From the NCBI GenBank assembly GCA_900546055.1, contig URBG01000004.1, positions 1 to 54,198 on the forward strand: a stretch of DNA of 54,198 nt, written 5' to 3'. Shown here piece after piece: positions 18,097 to 27,637 of the stretch (position 1 is the stretch's first letter; each line of letters starts with the position of its first letter). Both the position numbers and the translations under genes were made by a program. The notes beneath the pieces were generated by a model, which saw only the letters and a list, made by a program, of their open reading frames with translations, was not told the DNA's origin and did no database searches. This stretch comes from an uncultured Mycoplasmatota bacterium (lineage in GTDB: Bacteria > Bacillota_I > Bacilli_A > RF39 > UBA660).

Positions 18097-18798
18097 TTAT
18101 ATCAATTCCCCTTCAAATCTTGTTGACACTAAGTCTATCTTCTCTCCTGTGTCAAACATTATTATTCTTTTTGGTTTGTTATACCCTACTACTCTTTTTT
18201 TATTTACTAAACATGCTCTATGCGTTTGTATGAAATCATCATTAAGCATTTCTTTTATTTCACCTAAAGTTTTATTAAGTCTAAATTCTGAATAATCTGT
18301 TTTAATTATACTTTTTCGTTCAACACTATCTTTAGTAACATATAAAATGTCCTCTAACGAAATTGTATAAATTATTCCACAATCCTTAAATCTAATAGTT
18401 TGTTTAGCTTTTAGTACCTTTAATGATTTATCAATAGACCCCATCAACCTATTTTCACAGTCATCAAACTTATTAATAAAAGATAAAAACAAAAACTCAT
18501 TTTTAATTACAATCTGGCTTAATTCCTGATGCCCAGTTAAAAAGATAATAACACTGTCAACATCCTTATTTCTAATAATTCTTGCTACATCTAATCCTGA
18601 TCTAGTAGGCGTCTCAATATCCAAAATATAGATCTTAAATGGAAGTTTACTTCCAATAATATCCATAAACGCCCTATCGTAGTCATTAAACATATGAATT
18701 TGATATTCATGTTGATTTTTCATCATATATTTATTGATTACGCCCTCAGCAAAATCTCTGTACTTCTTTTCATCGTCACAAACTATAAAATTTAACAT
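18097..18798 (-). CDS. LytTR-family response regulator (AgrA-like)
   Basis: Receiver domain (IVCDDE, ILDIETP) plus a C-terminal LytTR DNA-binding domain (..HRACLVN..). Its stop is 1 nt from the kinase start. Confidence 0.85.
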   Translation of the reverse strand: MLNFIVCDDEKKYRDFAEGVINKYMMKNQHEYQIHMFNDYDRAFMDIIGSKLPFKIYILDIETPTRSGLDVARIIRNKDVDSVIIFLTGHQELSQIVIKNEFLFLSFINKFDDCENRLMGSIDKSLKVLKAKQTIRFKDCGIIYTISLEDILYVTKDSVERKSIIKTDYSEFRLNKTLGEIKEMLNDDFIQTHRACLVNKKRVVGYNKPKRIIMFDTGEKIDLVSTRFEGELI

Positions 18799-19057
18799 AA
18801 ATATTTCCTTTCCCTATTTAATTACAATCCATTTGTCACTACTTTAATCACATAAATTAATTGCTGTAATTAATCACTATATTAATCCTTATAACAAAAA
18901 ATTTATGCGATTTTATTACAAACAACAAGCAAAAAATCTAGCATAAATATTACCTTTCTATATTCAATTGCAATATGTTTACCGCTATTTCAATATACCA
19001 CATTTAAAAACATTTTTCCACTATTTTTGACAAAAAATTCCAATTTTTCCTAAAAAC

Positions 19058-19097
19058 TTTAAAATAAAAATATGAACAAAATTAACTTTGTCCATAT
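19058..19097 (-). terminator. rho-independent terminator after the lipoprotein gene
   Basis: 11-bp stem with one mismatch (ATATGAACAAA / TTTGTCCATAT on plus), followed by T-runs. Confidence 0.6.
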
Positions 19098-19171
19098 TTT
19101 TTAACCTTTTCTTCCCTTACCGCATCAGGATAATGACATATCCAAACTAATTTTTGAGTAATAGCTATAAC

Positions 19172-19777
19172 TTAATTATTCCCATATTTATCATAATATT
19201 TTTGCAAAGTCTTTTCCTTTAATTCACTACCTTTGTTTATTCCCCATGCTCCAAGGTCTGTTAACTTATCCTCAACCCAAACACCCGCACTTTTAAGTTT
19301 TTCTTTTGCCTTATCCTTATATTCGGGTATATAAGATTCAATATATGCATCCAAAGTAACAAGACCATCTTTACAAAAAGATACAGTATTACTACCAACT
19401 TCCGATATAGTATAACCGGCAATTTCCTCATCTTGAAACAGAAAACCAAACAAATCATCAAAATTTTGCTTCGTCGTTTCTTTAGCGGCTTGATATGATT
19501 CAGTTTGTTTAGCTTCTTCAGATGATTCTACTAAAGCCTCAGTACTTTCGATCATTATAGTAACTGCAGATTCAACAGCAGAAGAAGCCTCTTCTTGACT
19601 AGCTAAAGCTTCTGAATCAACTTGTGGTTCTTCAGTCGGAATCTCTATCGTTGTATCTACTTCAGGTTCTTCTGAAGTACTTTTTGTATTACCACAGCCA
19701 ACTAACGTAGTTACCAAAGCAAATGACGTTAACACTGCTCCTGCCTTTTGAGTTAAACTAAAATTCTTAATAGTCAT
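19172..19777 (-). CDS. acidic lipoprotein of unknown function
   Basis: Lipobox LVGC after a hydrophobic signal, then a Glu/Ser-rich linker; RBS GAGGTGG. Confidence 0.65.
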   Translation of the reverse strand: MTIKNFSLTQKAGAVLTSFALVTTLVGCGNTKSTSEEPEVDTTIEIPTEEPQVDSEALASQEEASSAVESAVTIMIESTEALVESSEEAKQTESYQAAKETTKQNFDDLFGFLFQDEEIAGYTISEVGSNTVSFCKDGLVTLDAYIESYIPEYKDKAKEKLKSAGVWVEDKLTDLGAWGINKGSELKEKTLQKYYDKYGNN

Positions 19778-19831
19778 ATAACCACCTCATTTATGCCCTT
19801 TATTATAACAGAAATTGAAGAAAATGCAAAT

Positions 19832-22411
19832 TCAGACACCACCAATTTCTCCTCGTTTTCGTAAAATTAATTTTCTAATCCAATCTATTGGAATTACTAA
19901 TGACGCCAGTAATACCATCACTTCAAATTCAAACATCGTAAGTCCATATGTTCTAAACATATCACCACCATAATAAATTAAATATATTTGAACAATTAAT
20001 ATAAATAATATTACCACCAAGAATACTTTGTTTTTTGAAATATGAGCAAGTAAATTAAGCCTATGCGTTCTAGCATTGAAACTATTAAAGATACTAATAA
20101 ATATAAATAGTCCAAAGAATGCCGTCATCAAATCAGCTGTACTTCCATCACCAAATATACTGTGGATAAATGGACTCTTTAAGAAAATTATACATAATAG
20201 TGCCGAAAATGTTCCTGTAATAAGTATCTCCTGTTTCATATAACCGTTAATTATCATCTCGTCTTTACGCTTTGGCTTTTCGTTCATATATTCTTTAAGC
20301 GCCGGCTCAAATGAGAAAGCTATTCCAGCTAAAGTATCCATAACCATATTAATCCAAAGCATTTGAATAACCGTAACTGGTGTATCAACTCCAATAAACG
20401 GACCAATAATAGATATACTTACCGCACATAGATTAACTGTAAGCTGAAAAACAATAAATTTTCTAATACTTTTAAAAATCGTTCTACCATATAATACAGC
20501 ATTAGAAATTGATAATAAATTATCATCTAAAATTACAATGTCGCTAGCCTCTTTCGCCACCTCAGTACCAGATCCCATTGCAAAGCCTACGTCTGCTTTT
20601 TTAAGCGCTGGCGCATCATTAACTCCATCACCTGTCATTCCAACCACTAAATCAGCCTCCTGAGCTAATTTAACCAAACGGCTTTTATCCTGTGGCAATG
20701 AACGCGCAATAATTTTTAATCGTGGTAATATTGCCTTAACTTCCTCATCCGATTTTCTATGTAATTCACTACTAGTCAAAACTATATCCTCTTTACTTGT
20801 TAATAAGCCGACCTCCCTACCAATTGATGTTGCCGTCTTAATATTATCTCCTGTAATCATAACTGTATTAATATGAGCTTTTCTAATTAAATCAAGCCCT
20901 TCAATAGCCTCTGGCCTTACCTCATCTTTAATATATACGAGACCAATTAATGTCATTCGACTAAGTCTGTCTTTAACATCCGTTGTCGCAAATGCTAAAA
21001 CCCTTATTCCTCTTGACGTCGCCTCTTCAATTTGTTTATAGATTCTTTCTTGATGAAATAGTCCAACTTTTTTGCCGTTATCATAGTAATGAGTACATTT
21101 ATCTAAAATAACCTCCGGTGCTCCCTTAATTAAATTAAGTCTTCGCTCATGATACTTAATCGTAGTTACCGCATACTTCTTCTCACTCGAAAAAGGTATT
21201 GTATCAACTTTTGTAAAATTTGGACTTTTGCTGTGGAAAAAACTTAATAATGCTCTATCTGTAATGTTCCCACCAATTGCTCCGCCATTAGCATCATAAT
21301 TACTCGCATTGTTAGCCACTAAAGATATTTTCGTCTGTTGATAAAATTCCATATTCTCTTTTAACTCTTCTTCGTCATGATAAATTTTTCCCTTAGGATC
21401 ACTAATACCAATAACTTCTAATTTGCCTTTAGTAATAGTCCCCGTTTTATCGGTAAACAAAATATTAATATTTCCAGCAGTTTCTATCCCCATTAATTTT
21501 CTAACTAAAACATTACTCTTAAGCATTCTCTTCATATTAGATGAAAGAACTAATGTAATCATCATTGGCAGTCCTTCTGGAACAGCTACAACAATAATTG
21601 TTACACTTAAAGTTAATGCATGCAATAAATAACCAAACATCAATGGAAAGTTTGTTACCGTTTCCTTGATTAATGCCATATCAAAATCATTATCTAAAAC
21701 TAAAACAGAAAATAAATATGAAATTGTTACTAAAGCCGCTCCGATGTACCCCATCTTACTAATCTGCTTAGCTAAGTGAGTAAGTCTCATTTTAAGTGGA
21801 CTAATAGGCTTCTTTTCATTTACCTCTTTAGCTAAAGCTCCATAAAAAGTGTCATCTCCAACCTTTTCCACAAGCATTAACCCTTCTCCAGAGTAAACAA
21901 CAGTCGAACGATATACAGCGCTTCCATCCTTCTTCTCAATTTCCTTCATTTCACCATTTAAATTAGATTCATTCACTTGCAAATGTCCACTTATTAACTT
22001 TCCATCCGCTGGGATTTGATCACCAGACTCTAAACTTACAACATCTCCAACAACTATATCATTAATATCTATTTCTGCTATTTGATTATTACGTTTAACA
22101 CGGCTTTTTATCTTAGACGCATCTTCTTGTAATTTATCAAATGCCTTTTCACTGCCGTATTCTGAAATCGTTGAAATAAACGATGCCAGAAAAATTGCAA
22201 TAACAATTCCTACAGTCTCATACCAATCAAAATCCTGAAATAAAAATAAAGTTTTAACTGCTAATGCAATAAGCAATATTTTAATAATTGGGTCCCCAAG
22301 CGTCGATAATAAATGACGCAGAAAACTCTCCCTTTTTCCCATCGCAATTTCATTTGTTCCATGTGTCTTACGTGCAATTACAACCTCTTCATCTGTTAAT
22401 CCTGTTTTCAT
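19832..22411 (-). CDS. calcium-translocating P-type ATPase (P2A/PMCA-like)
   Basis: DKTGTIT phosphorylation site, MITGDN, GDGVNDAPALKKADVG, a PEGLP-type motif and 10 TM topology. ATG at 22411 behind RBS AGGAGG. Confidence 0.9.
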   Translation of the reverse strand: MKTGLTDEEVVIARKTHGTNEIAMGKRESFLRHLLSTLGDPIIKILLIALAVKTLFLFQDFDWYETVGIVIAIFLASFISTISEYGSEKAFDKLQEDASKIKSRVKRNNQIAEIDINDIVVGDVVSLESGDQIPADGKLISGHLQVNESNLNGEMKEIEKKDGSAVYRSTVVYSGEGLMLVEKVGDDTFYGALAKEVNEKKPISPLKMRLTHLAKQISKMGYIGAALVTISYLFSVLVLDNDFDMALIKETVTNFPLMFGYLLHALTLSVTIIVVAVPEGLPMMITLVLSSNMKRMLKSNVLVRKLMGIETAGNINILFTDKTGTITKGKLEVIGISDPKGKIYHDEEELKENMEFYQQTKISLVANNASNYDANGGAIGGNITDRALLSFFHSKSPNFTKVDTIPFSSEKKYAVTTIKYHERRLNLIKGAPEVILDKCTHYYDNGKKVGLFHQERIYKQIEEATSRGIRVLAFATTDVKDRLSRMTLIGLVYIKDEVRPEAIEGLDLIRKAHINTVMITGDNIKTATSIGREVGLLTSKEDIVLTSSELHRKSDEEVKAILPRLKIIARSLPQDKSRLVKLAQEADLVVGMTGDGVNDAPALKKADVGFAMGSGTEVAKEASDIVILDDNLLSISNAVLYGRTIFKSIRKFIVFQLTVNLCAVSISIIGPFIGVDTPVTVIQMLWINMVMDTLAGIAFSFEPALKEYMNEKPKRKDEMIINGYMKQEILITGTFSALLCIIFLKSPFIHSIFGDGSTADLMTAFFGLFIFISIFNSFNARTHRLNLLAHISKNKVFLVVILFILIVQIYLIYYGGDMFRTYGLTMFEFEVMVLLASLVIPIDWIRKLILRKRGEIGGV

Positions 22412-22472
22412 AGGCACCTCCTATGAATAATTTACTAACCATAAGAGCCATATAGAACATTAACAGTTCGAC

Positions 22473-22496
22473 AAAAAAAACAACCATTATTGGTTG
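22473..22496 (-). terminator. rho-independent terminator
   Basis: CAACCA-TTAT-TGGTTG stem with a T8 run in minus sense. Confidence 0.6.
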
Positions 22497-22563
22497 CTTT
22501 GCCTTAAATCTTCATATTGTTTCATTGTATTAATTAAATCTTTTTGTCAAATCAAAAAAACAG

Positions 22564-22902
22564 CTAAATTAAGCCATTTTCTTTCAACAAATTATAAATA
22601 CAAGAATAACTACGACGATTGTAAAAATTACAAAATCTTCTGATACTAACATTACTCTTTTTATAAAGTGAAATGATATATTGTTTCTCCTCTTCACTCA
22701 TTACGTTAACTGGTACTCTATTTTTATTTCCGTGCACCAAACTAACTGTTCCATCTAATACTTCTTTTTTTAATTTTAAAATATATTTGGGATGATAACC
22801 CGTTATCTCTGCTATTTCTTTGTACGTTAAAAACGTTCTGTCTTCTAGTTTGTCCTGAATTAGCTTTACAGCCATTTCTTTCTTGTCCACAATACCACCC
22901 AC
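22564..22902 (-). CDS. stand-alone HTH protein resembling the N-terminal DNA-binding region of integrase-type (ISNCY-like) transposases
   Basis: YKEIAEITGYHPKYILKLKK HTH, then HGNKNRVPVN..EEEKQYIISLYKK, the pattern seen at the N-termini of such transposases. No catalytic domain follows. The start is uncertain: GTG at 22902 or ATG at 22875. Confidence 0.45.
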   Translation of the reverse strand: MGGIVDKKEMAVKLIQDKLEDRTFLTYKEIAEITGYHPKYILKLKKEVLDGTVSLVHGNKNRVPVNVMSEEEKQYIISLYKKSNVSIRRFCNFYNRRSYSCIYNLLKENGLI

Positions 22903-22954
22903 ACAATCAGTCCTATTATACCATCTAGATACCCATTTATGTCAATGATTTCAG

Positions 22955-22984
22955 AAAAAAAGAGAATTTTTTTACTTATTCTCT
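22955..22984 (-). terminator. rho-independent terminator overlapping the yhgE/pip stop
   Basis: AGAGAAT..ATTCTCT stem with a T-run in minus sense. Confidence 0.55.
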
Positions 22985-25053
22985 TTTTTATTTTTTGAAT
23001 TTTTACTAACTTTTTTAACGATTTTATCGTTATTAATAACTATTTCATTATCTTGCAGTTTCTTTTCTTTTTTACTCTTTAAAATACTAGTAATTAAAGT
23101 AAGTGCATTAAATACAACTAAAATACCAATTAAAATACTAATATCTTTTATCAAGAAATTACTATTTATACTAACAAATGACTCTCTTAATAAATCAACT
23201 GAATAAGTCATCGGCATAAATGGATAAACTGCTTGATATATTCCTGGCTCAGTTTGAACTGGGAATGTCCCACCACAAGAAGCAAGTTGTAAAACTAAGA
23301 ATACTAAAGCTAAGAATTTACCAACATCTTGGAAATTAAAGAATAAAAACATAATAATTGCCAAGAATGCTTCTGATATTAAAATACATGATCCATAATA
23401 AACAAATAAATTTGTCACTTCAAATCCTAATAACAATTGTAGTACAAACGCTAATAAAATAGCTTGAACAATACCAATTACATTATATAATACTAAACGC
23501 ATTCCACGATTTTCACTGCGGCGGCCTAAAACTTTAAATCTTTTATCAGGATCATAATATAATCCCATTAGAATTAAAATACCACCGATCCATAAAGATA
23601 AAGACATAAAGTATGGAGAAAAGAACGTTCCATAAGTCTTAACATCACCATAATCTTCTTCATTAATCTTAATTGGTTTACTAGCATATTCAGCTAAACC
23701 ATCAAGCTCATCAGTTGAATCTTTGGTTTCCGTAATTTTATTATCAACCGTTTCTTTAGCTGTGTTTACTCCATTATTTAAAGTTGCCGTGCCACTAGCT
23801 AAAGTTGTAGCTCCACTATCAGCGCTACCTAATCCACTATTAATTTTAGCCGAATTAGTATTCAAACTTGATAAGCCATTATTAAGCTCATCAATTCCAC
23901 TATAAACGGAACTTGAACCATTTTTCAATTTTAATAATCCAGCCTCTAAACTATCAATACCACCTTTTAATTCCGTTAAACTTGAAGTCTGCGTAGCCAT
24001 TAAATTAATTCCACCATTAACTAACCCATTGCCAGTTACAAGTCCAGCTGTTCCAGCTTTAATTTGCGCTAAACCACTATACCCCGTTGCATCCGCAGTT
24101 GTGTAACCTTTTGCAATCTGATAAGCGGTCATAAGTGAAACATCACTTTGAACCTCAGGATGACTTTCGACATAATTAATAATTTGATTATACGCTAAAT
24201 TAGCCTTATCAATCATATCATCTGACTTAGTTTTGTATGTACCAAGCTTAGCTGTAAAATCGTCGCTACCTGTTTTCAAATCAGAAACCTTACTAACTAA
24301 GGTAGGTAAAGATTCTGTCTTATCTTTTAATTCCTTAGCCCCACTATAAGCATTCTCTAATCCACCATTTAATTCACCATAAGAACTATATAGCTTTTGA
24401 GCTCCTGTAGCTAACTTTTCCACACCATTATTAAAATCTTTATAACTAGTGGATAAAGTGTTTAATCCACCTTTCAATTCATATGCCCCAGAATTTAATT
24501 CATTCGTCCCTGAATGAATAGTGCCTAAAGCATCACTTATCTGCTTAGTTTGTGAAGGTACATTTTGTAAATTATCAGTTAAAGTTCCAACTATTTCTTT
24601 CGTAACCTCAGCATGTAATTCTGTTTCTACTTCCTTAACCGCCGTCCCAATAATCTGTGACGCTAAATAACTAGTTTTAGTATTTGGCATATAAGTAATA
24701 GTTGTTTGTTGTCTATCTTTACTAGCAGCTTTTTCAAGTGAACTAGTAAAATCTTTTGGGATTTTAATTACCGCATAATAATCCTTATCAACTAAACCCT
24801 TATCGGCTTTTTCCTCATCAACAACCTTAAAATCAAAAACATCTTTTTCTTTTAAGGTCTTAATTAATTCATCGCCTTTACAATTTTCACTACACTCATC
24901 TAAGTTAACTAATGCCACTGGTACATTATTTAAAGAATTATATGGATCCCAAAATCCTTTTAAATAAAATAAACTATATACTAGCGGTAAAATAACAATA
25001 CCTAAAATTACTAGTAATTTCATTTTTTTACTATCACGTTTTGGTTTTTGCAT
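22972..25053 (-). CDS. YhgE/Pip domain membrane protein (phage infection protein family)
   Basis: N-terminal LKGFWDPY motif, a long Gly/Leu/Asn repeat-rich extracellular segment and a C-terminal ABC-2-like TM bundle; RBS AGGGGGGA. Confidence 0.85.
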   Translation of the reverse strand: MQKPKRDSKKMKLLVILGIVILPLVYSLFYLKGFWDPYNSLNNVPVALVNLDECSENCKGDELIKTLKEKDVFDFKVVDEEKADKGLVDKDYYAVIKIPKDFTSSLEKAASKDRQQTTITYMPNTKTSYLASQIIGTAVKEVETELHAEVTKEIVGTLTDNLQNVPSQTKQISDALGTIHSGTNELNSGAYELKGGLNTLSTSYKDFNNGVEKLATGAQKLYSSYGELNGGLENAYSGAKELKDKTESLPTLVSKVSDLKTGSDDFTAKLGTYKTKSDDMIDKANLAYNQIINYVESHPEVQSDVSLMTAYQIAKGYTTADATGYSGLAQIKAGTAGLVTGNGLVNGGINLMATQTSSLTELKGGIDSLEAGLLKLKNGSSSVYSGIDELNNGLSSLNTNSAKINSGLGSADSGATTLASGTATLNNGVNTAKETVDNKITETKDSTDELDGLAEYASKPIKINEEDYGDVKTYGTFFSPYFMSLSLWIGGILILMGLYYDPDKRFKVLGRRSENRGMRLVLYNVIGIVQAILLAFVLQLLLGFEVTNLFVYYGSCILISEAFLAIIMFLFFNFQDVGKFLALVFLVLQLASCGGTFPVQTEPGIYQAVYPFMPMTYSVDLLRESFVSINSNFLIKDISILIGILVVFNALTLITSILKSKKEKKLQDNEIVINNDKIVKKVSKNSKNKKENK

Positions 25054-25066
25054 TCTCTATTCCCCC

Positions 25067-25624
25067 CTACTTAAATAACCAAGCCCTTAAAATATTCATA
25101 ATATTTTCAGTAGCCTCTTTTTTATCGATTGGCTTATCTAGTTCAAACATCAAAGCCACATAAATTTTATAAATTAAAAACGATACAATTTCTGTGTCAC
25201 ATTCTTTGATATACCCATCAATAATTGCCTTTTCTAGCTTCATCTTAAGTTCATCTTGAACCATCGTATTCAAAGTCTGTGCGCATTCATCAGCAATTTC
25301 AAAATTGCCACCTGATTCTTTAGAAAAAGCCATTAACAATTTTGAATTATTTCGATATTCCATAAGTTGAATAATAAGTTCGTAAATCTTACTATCAAAT
25401 GATATATTCTTTTTATCAATAGCATTAGATAGTTCCTTCATTTTTCTAAGTTCATCATATAAAAAATATTTAATTAAATCATTCTTATCTTTGAAGTAAG
25501 TATAAATCGTTCTTTTAGTAACTCCAGATTTTTTAGCAATTTCATCCATACTAACTTTGCGATATCCATAATGACTAAATAATTCTCTAGCCGCTTCGAT
25601 TACTTGCTCTTTTTTACTTTTCAC
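25067..25624 (-). CDS. TetR/AcrR family transcriptional regulator
   Basis: The N-terminal HTH segment (GYRKVSMDEIAKKSGVTKRTIYTYF) fits the TetR family. GTG start at 25624 lies 7 nt after RBS AGGAGG; the ORF-track N-terminal extension covers the promoter and operator. Confidence 0.85.
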   Translation of the reverse strand: MKSKKEQVIEAARELFSHYGYRKVSMDEIAKKSGVTKRTIYTYFKDKNDLIKYFLYDELRKMKELSNAIDKKNISFDSKIYELIIQLMEYRNNSKLLMAFSKESGGNFEIADECAQTLNTMVQDELKMKLEKAIIDGYIKECDTEIVSFLIYKIYVALMFELDKPIDKKEATENIMNILRAWLFK

Positions 25625-25636
25625 CAGTGCACCTCC

Positions 25637-25702
25637 TAAAGTATACTGATATACTAAAAAAGTATACTGGTATAGTATATGACAAATTATATCAAATGTC
25701 AA
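25637..25702 (-). promoter_or_regulatory. sigma-A type promoter with two palindromic operator boxes for the tetR-yhgE operon
   Basis: Minus sense TTGACA (25697..25702), 17-nt spacer, TATACT (25674..25679). Two copies of the self-complementary octamer AGTATACT (25661..25668 and 25640..25647) lie between the -10 element and the RBS. Confidence 0.65.
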
Positions 25703-25856
25703 CAAAAAAGCACTAAATTTTTAGTGTTTATAATTCTAAAACAACAAACTCATAATATTAAACATTAAAAGGTAATAAAAAAGAAAGATAATAGAGCTCA
25801 TGTAAACCAACATTTATGTAAAATATTGCCAAAACGGCAAATGAAAAGAACATTTT

Positions 25857-27593
25857 TTAATCAACATTTCTTGTATACCTACACTTAGGATAATTTTCGC
25901 AACCGTAAAATATTCCGTATTTAGAAGTTCTAATTATTAGTTTTCCACCACATAAAGGACAAGTAAAATCATTATTCATAATTTTAATATTCTTATTATC
26001 TTTAAGTAACTCTAAAACAAACACTGACGGATGCTTACGATTTACTAATAAATAATTAGAGTTTTTAGTTCTCGTAAGTGCCACATAAAAAAGTCGGCGC
26101 TCTTCTTCATAAGGATAACTTTCATTTAAGTCTATAACATATTTAAGTACATCATCATTAATTATTTTATTAGGAAAACCAGTAAGTCGATCCTCAAGAC
26201 CTACGATAATTACATTTCCTGCCTCCAGGCCCTTTGATTTATGAACTGTCATATATCTAAATGTTTTGTTTTTAAATTGCAATTCATTCAAATCTTTATT
26301 ATTCCTTCCAATTATTAAAATATCATCATCAGATATTTTTTCCACAACATTCTTAAATGCCCTATTAATATCGTTATCATAATAATAAATATAAATGGGA
26401 TTATCATTATTTTTATCTGAATATAACTTTTTATAAATCTGCTTCTTATTTTTCAAAATAAACTTACTAGTAATATCTAAAAGCTCCCTAGAATTACGAT
26501 ATGTTTTTTCAAGCATAAAAACTTTGGAAAAAGGAAAATGATCATTAAAATTAGTAAATACATTTAAATCAGTTCCCGTAAAACGATAAATACTTTGAAA
26601 ATCATCACCAACAGCTAATAATTTGGCGCCAGTAACTTTTTTTATTTCTTTTAGAAGTTCACACTTGGAAAGTGATGTATCCTGAAATTCATCAATAATC
26701 ATATGTCTATAGTTATGTAACCTTTTGCTTTTCACCACTTCTATGCTTTTATTAATCATATCATGATAATCAATTTTGTTGTTTTTTTCAAGCAAATAAA
26801 CATAATCCAAATATATTGTTTTAGCTAAAACAAGAAAAGCTTTGTGTTTATCTTGTTTATACCCTTCCTCCTTATTGCTTAATTTTAAGAAAGTATCAAA
26901 ATCCAAAACCTTAAAATTTCCCCCTTTAAAAAGATTAATAAACGTTATAAGCAATCGTTCTAAAGCCTTAACCTCATCGCTATTTAAAATAATCACTCTT
27001 TTTAAATCTAAAAGCTCATCATCTCCAAGCGTTATAAAGTTCATCTCAGGAAGTAAAACATCTAATGATTGGCAATTTTTTATGTGCTTAATCACCGTGT
27101 TTTTCAAAAGAGAATCATCAACTAAGTTAACACTATAGCCATTTTTCTTAAGAATTCTTCGGCCCAACTTATGAAACGTCATAATTTCCATTTTAACCCC
27201 ACATTTAAGTAAACATTTTTTTAAATTATTACTAGCTTCATTAGTAAATGAAATAACTAAAATATCTCGTAGCAACACCCCATTTTTAATTAAATATAAA
27301 ATTCTTCCTACAATCGTTAAACTTTTACCACTCCCTGCTCCAGCAATAACTAATGTACTATCTTCCTCTGATACTATAATTTCTCTTTGAACCGAATCCA
27401 AACTATAGCCATTGATATTATCTAAAAAATTTTTATTTTCAGCCAAAGTTGTTTTAATATATGCCCGATTATTCACAGCAACCCACTTTTCCATAGCAAA
27501 ACTTTTTCTAAAAAACATTTTCCACAAACTCTTTTTAGTTTGTCTGGCTTTTATTAGATTCATTTCTAATTTTGAAACATACAAAAAAACCAC
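25857..27593 (-). CDS. UvrD/Rep-family (helicase IV-like) ATP-dependent DNA helicase with a C-terminal topoisomerase-type zinc ribbon
   Basis: Walker A AGAGSGKS, DEFQDTS (motif II), and CPLCGGKL...FYGCENYPKCRY zinc ribbon. The start codon is ambiguous: GTG 27593, TTG 27584 or ATG 27563. Confidence 0.8.
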   Translation of the reverse strand: MVFLYVSKLEMNLIKARQTKKSLWKMFFRKSFAMEKWVAVNNRAYIKTTLAENKNFLDNINGYSLDSVQREIIVSEEDSTLVIAGAGSGKSLTIVGRILYLIKNGVLLRDILVISFTNEASNNLKKCLLKCGVKMEIMTFHKLGRRILKKNGYSVNLVDDSLLKNTVIKHIKNCQSLDVLLPEMNFITLGDDELLDLKRVIILNSDEVKALERLLITFINLFKGGNFKVLDFDTFLKLSNKEEGYKQDKHKAFLVLAKTIYLDYVYLLEKNNKIDYHDMINKSIEVVKSKRLHNYRHMIIDEFQDTSLSKCELLKEIKKVTGAKLLAVGDDFQSIYRFTGTDLNVFTNFNDHFPFSKVFMLEKTYRNSRELLDITSKFILKNKKQIYKKLYSDKNNDNPIYIYYYDNDINRAFKNVVEKISDDDILIIGRNNKDLNELQFKNKTFRYMTVHKSKGLEAGNVIIVGLEDRLTGFPNKIINDDVLKYVIDLNESYPYEEERRLFYVALTRTKNSNYLLVNRKHPSVFVLELLKDNKNIKIMNNDFTCPLCGGKLIIRTSKYGIFYGCENYPKCRYTRNVD

Positions 27594-27637
27594 CTCTAGA
27601 GTAAATATACCCTATCGATGGTTAAAATCCTTTTAAA

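Noticed and set aside
22564-22902. An intact insertion sequence
   Set aside because: Only an HTH-type N-terminal module is encoded. There is no DDE or integrase domain, no flanking inverted repeats and no target-site duplication.
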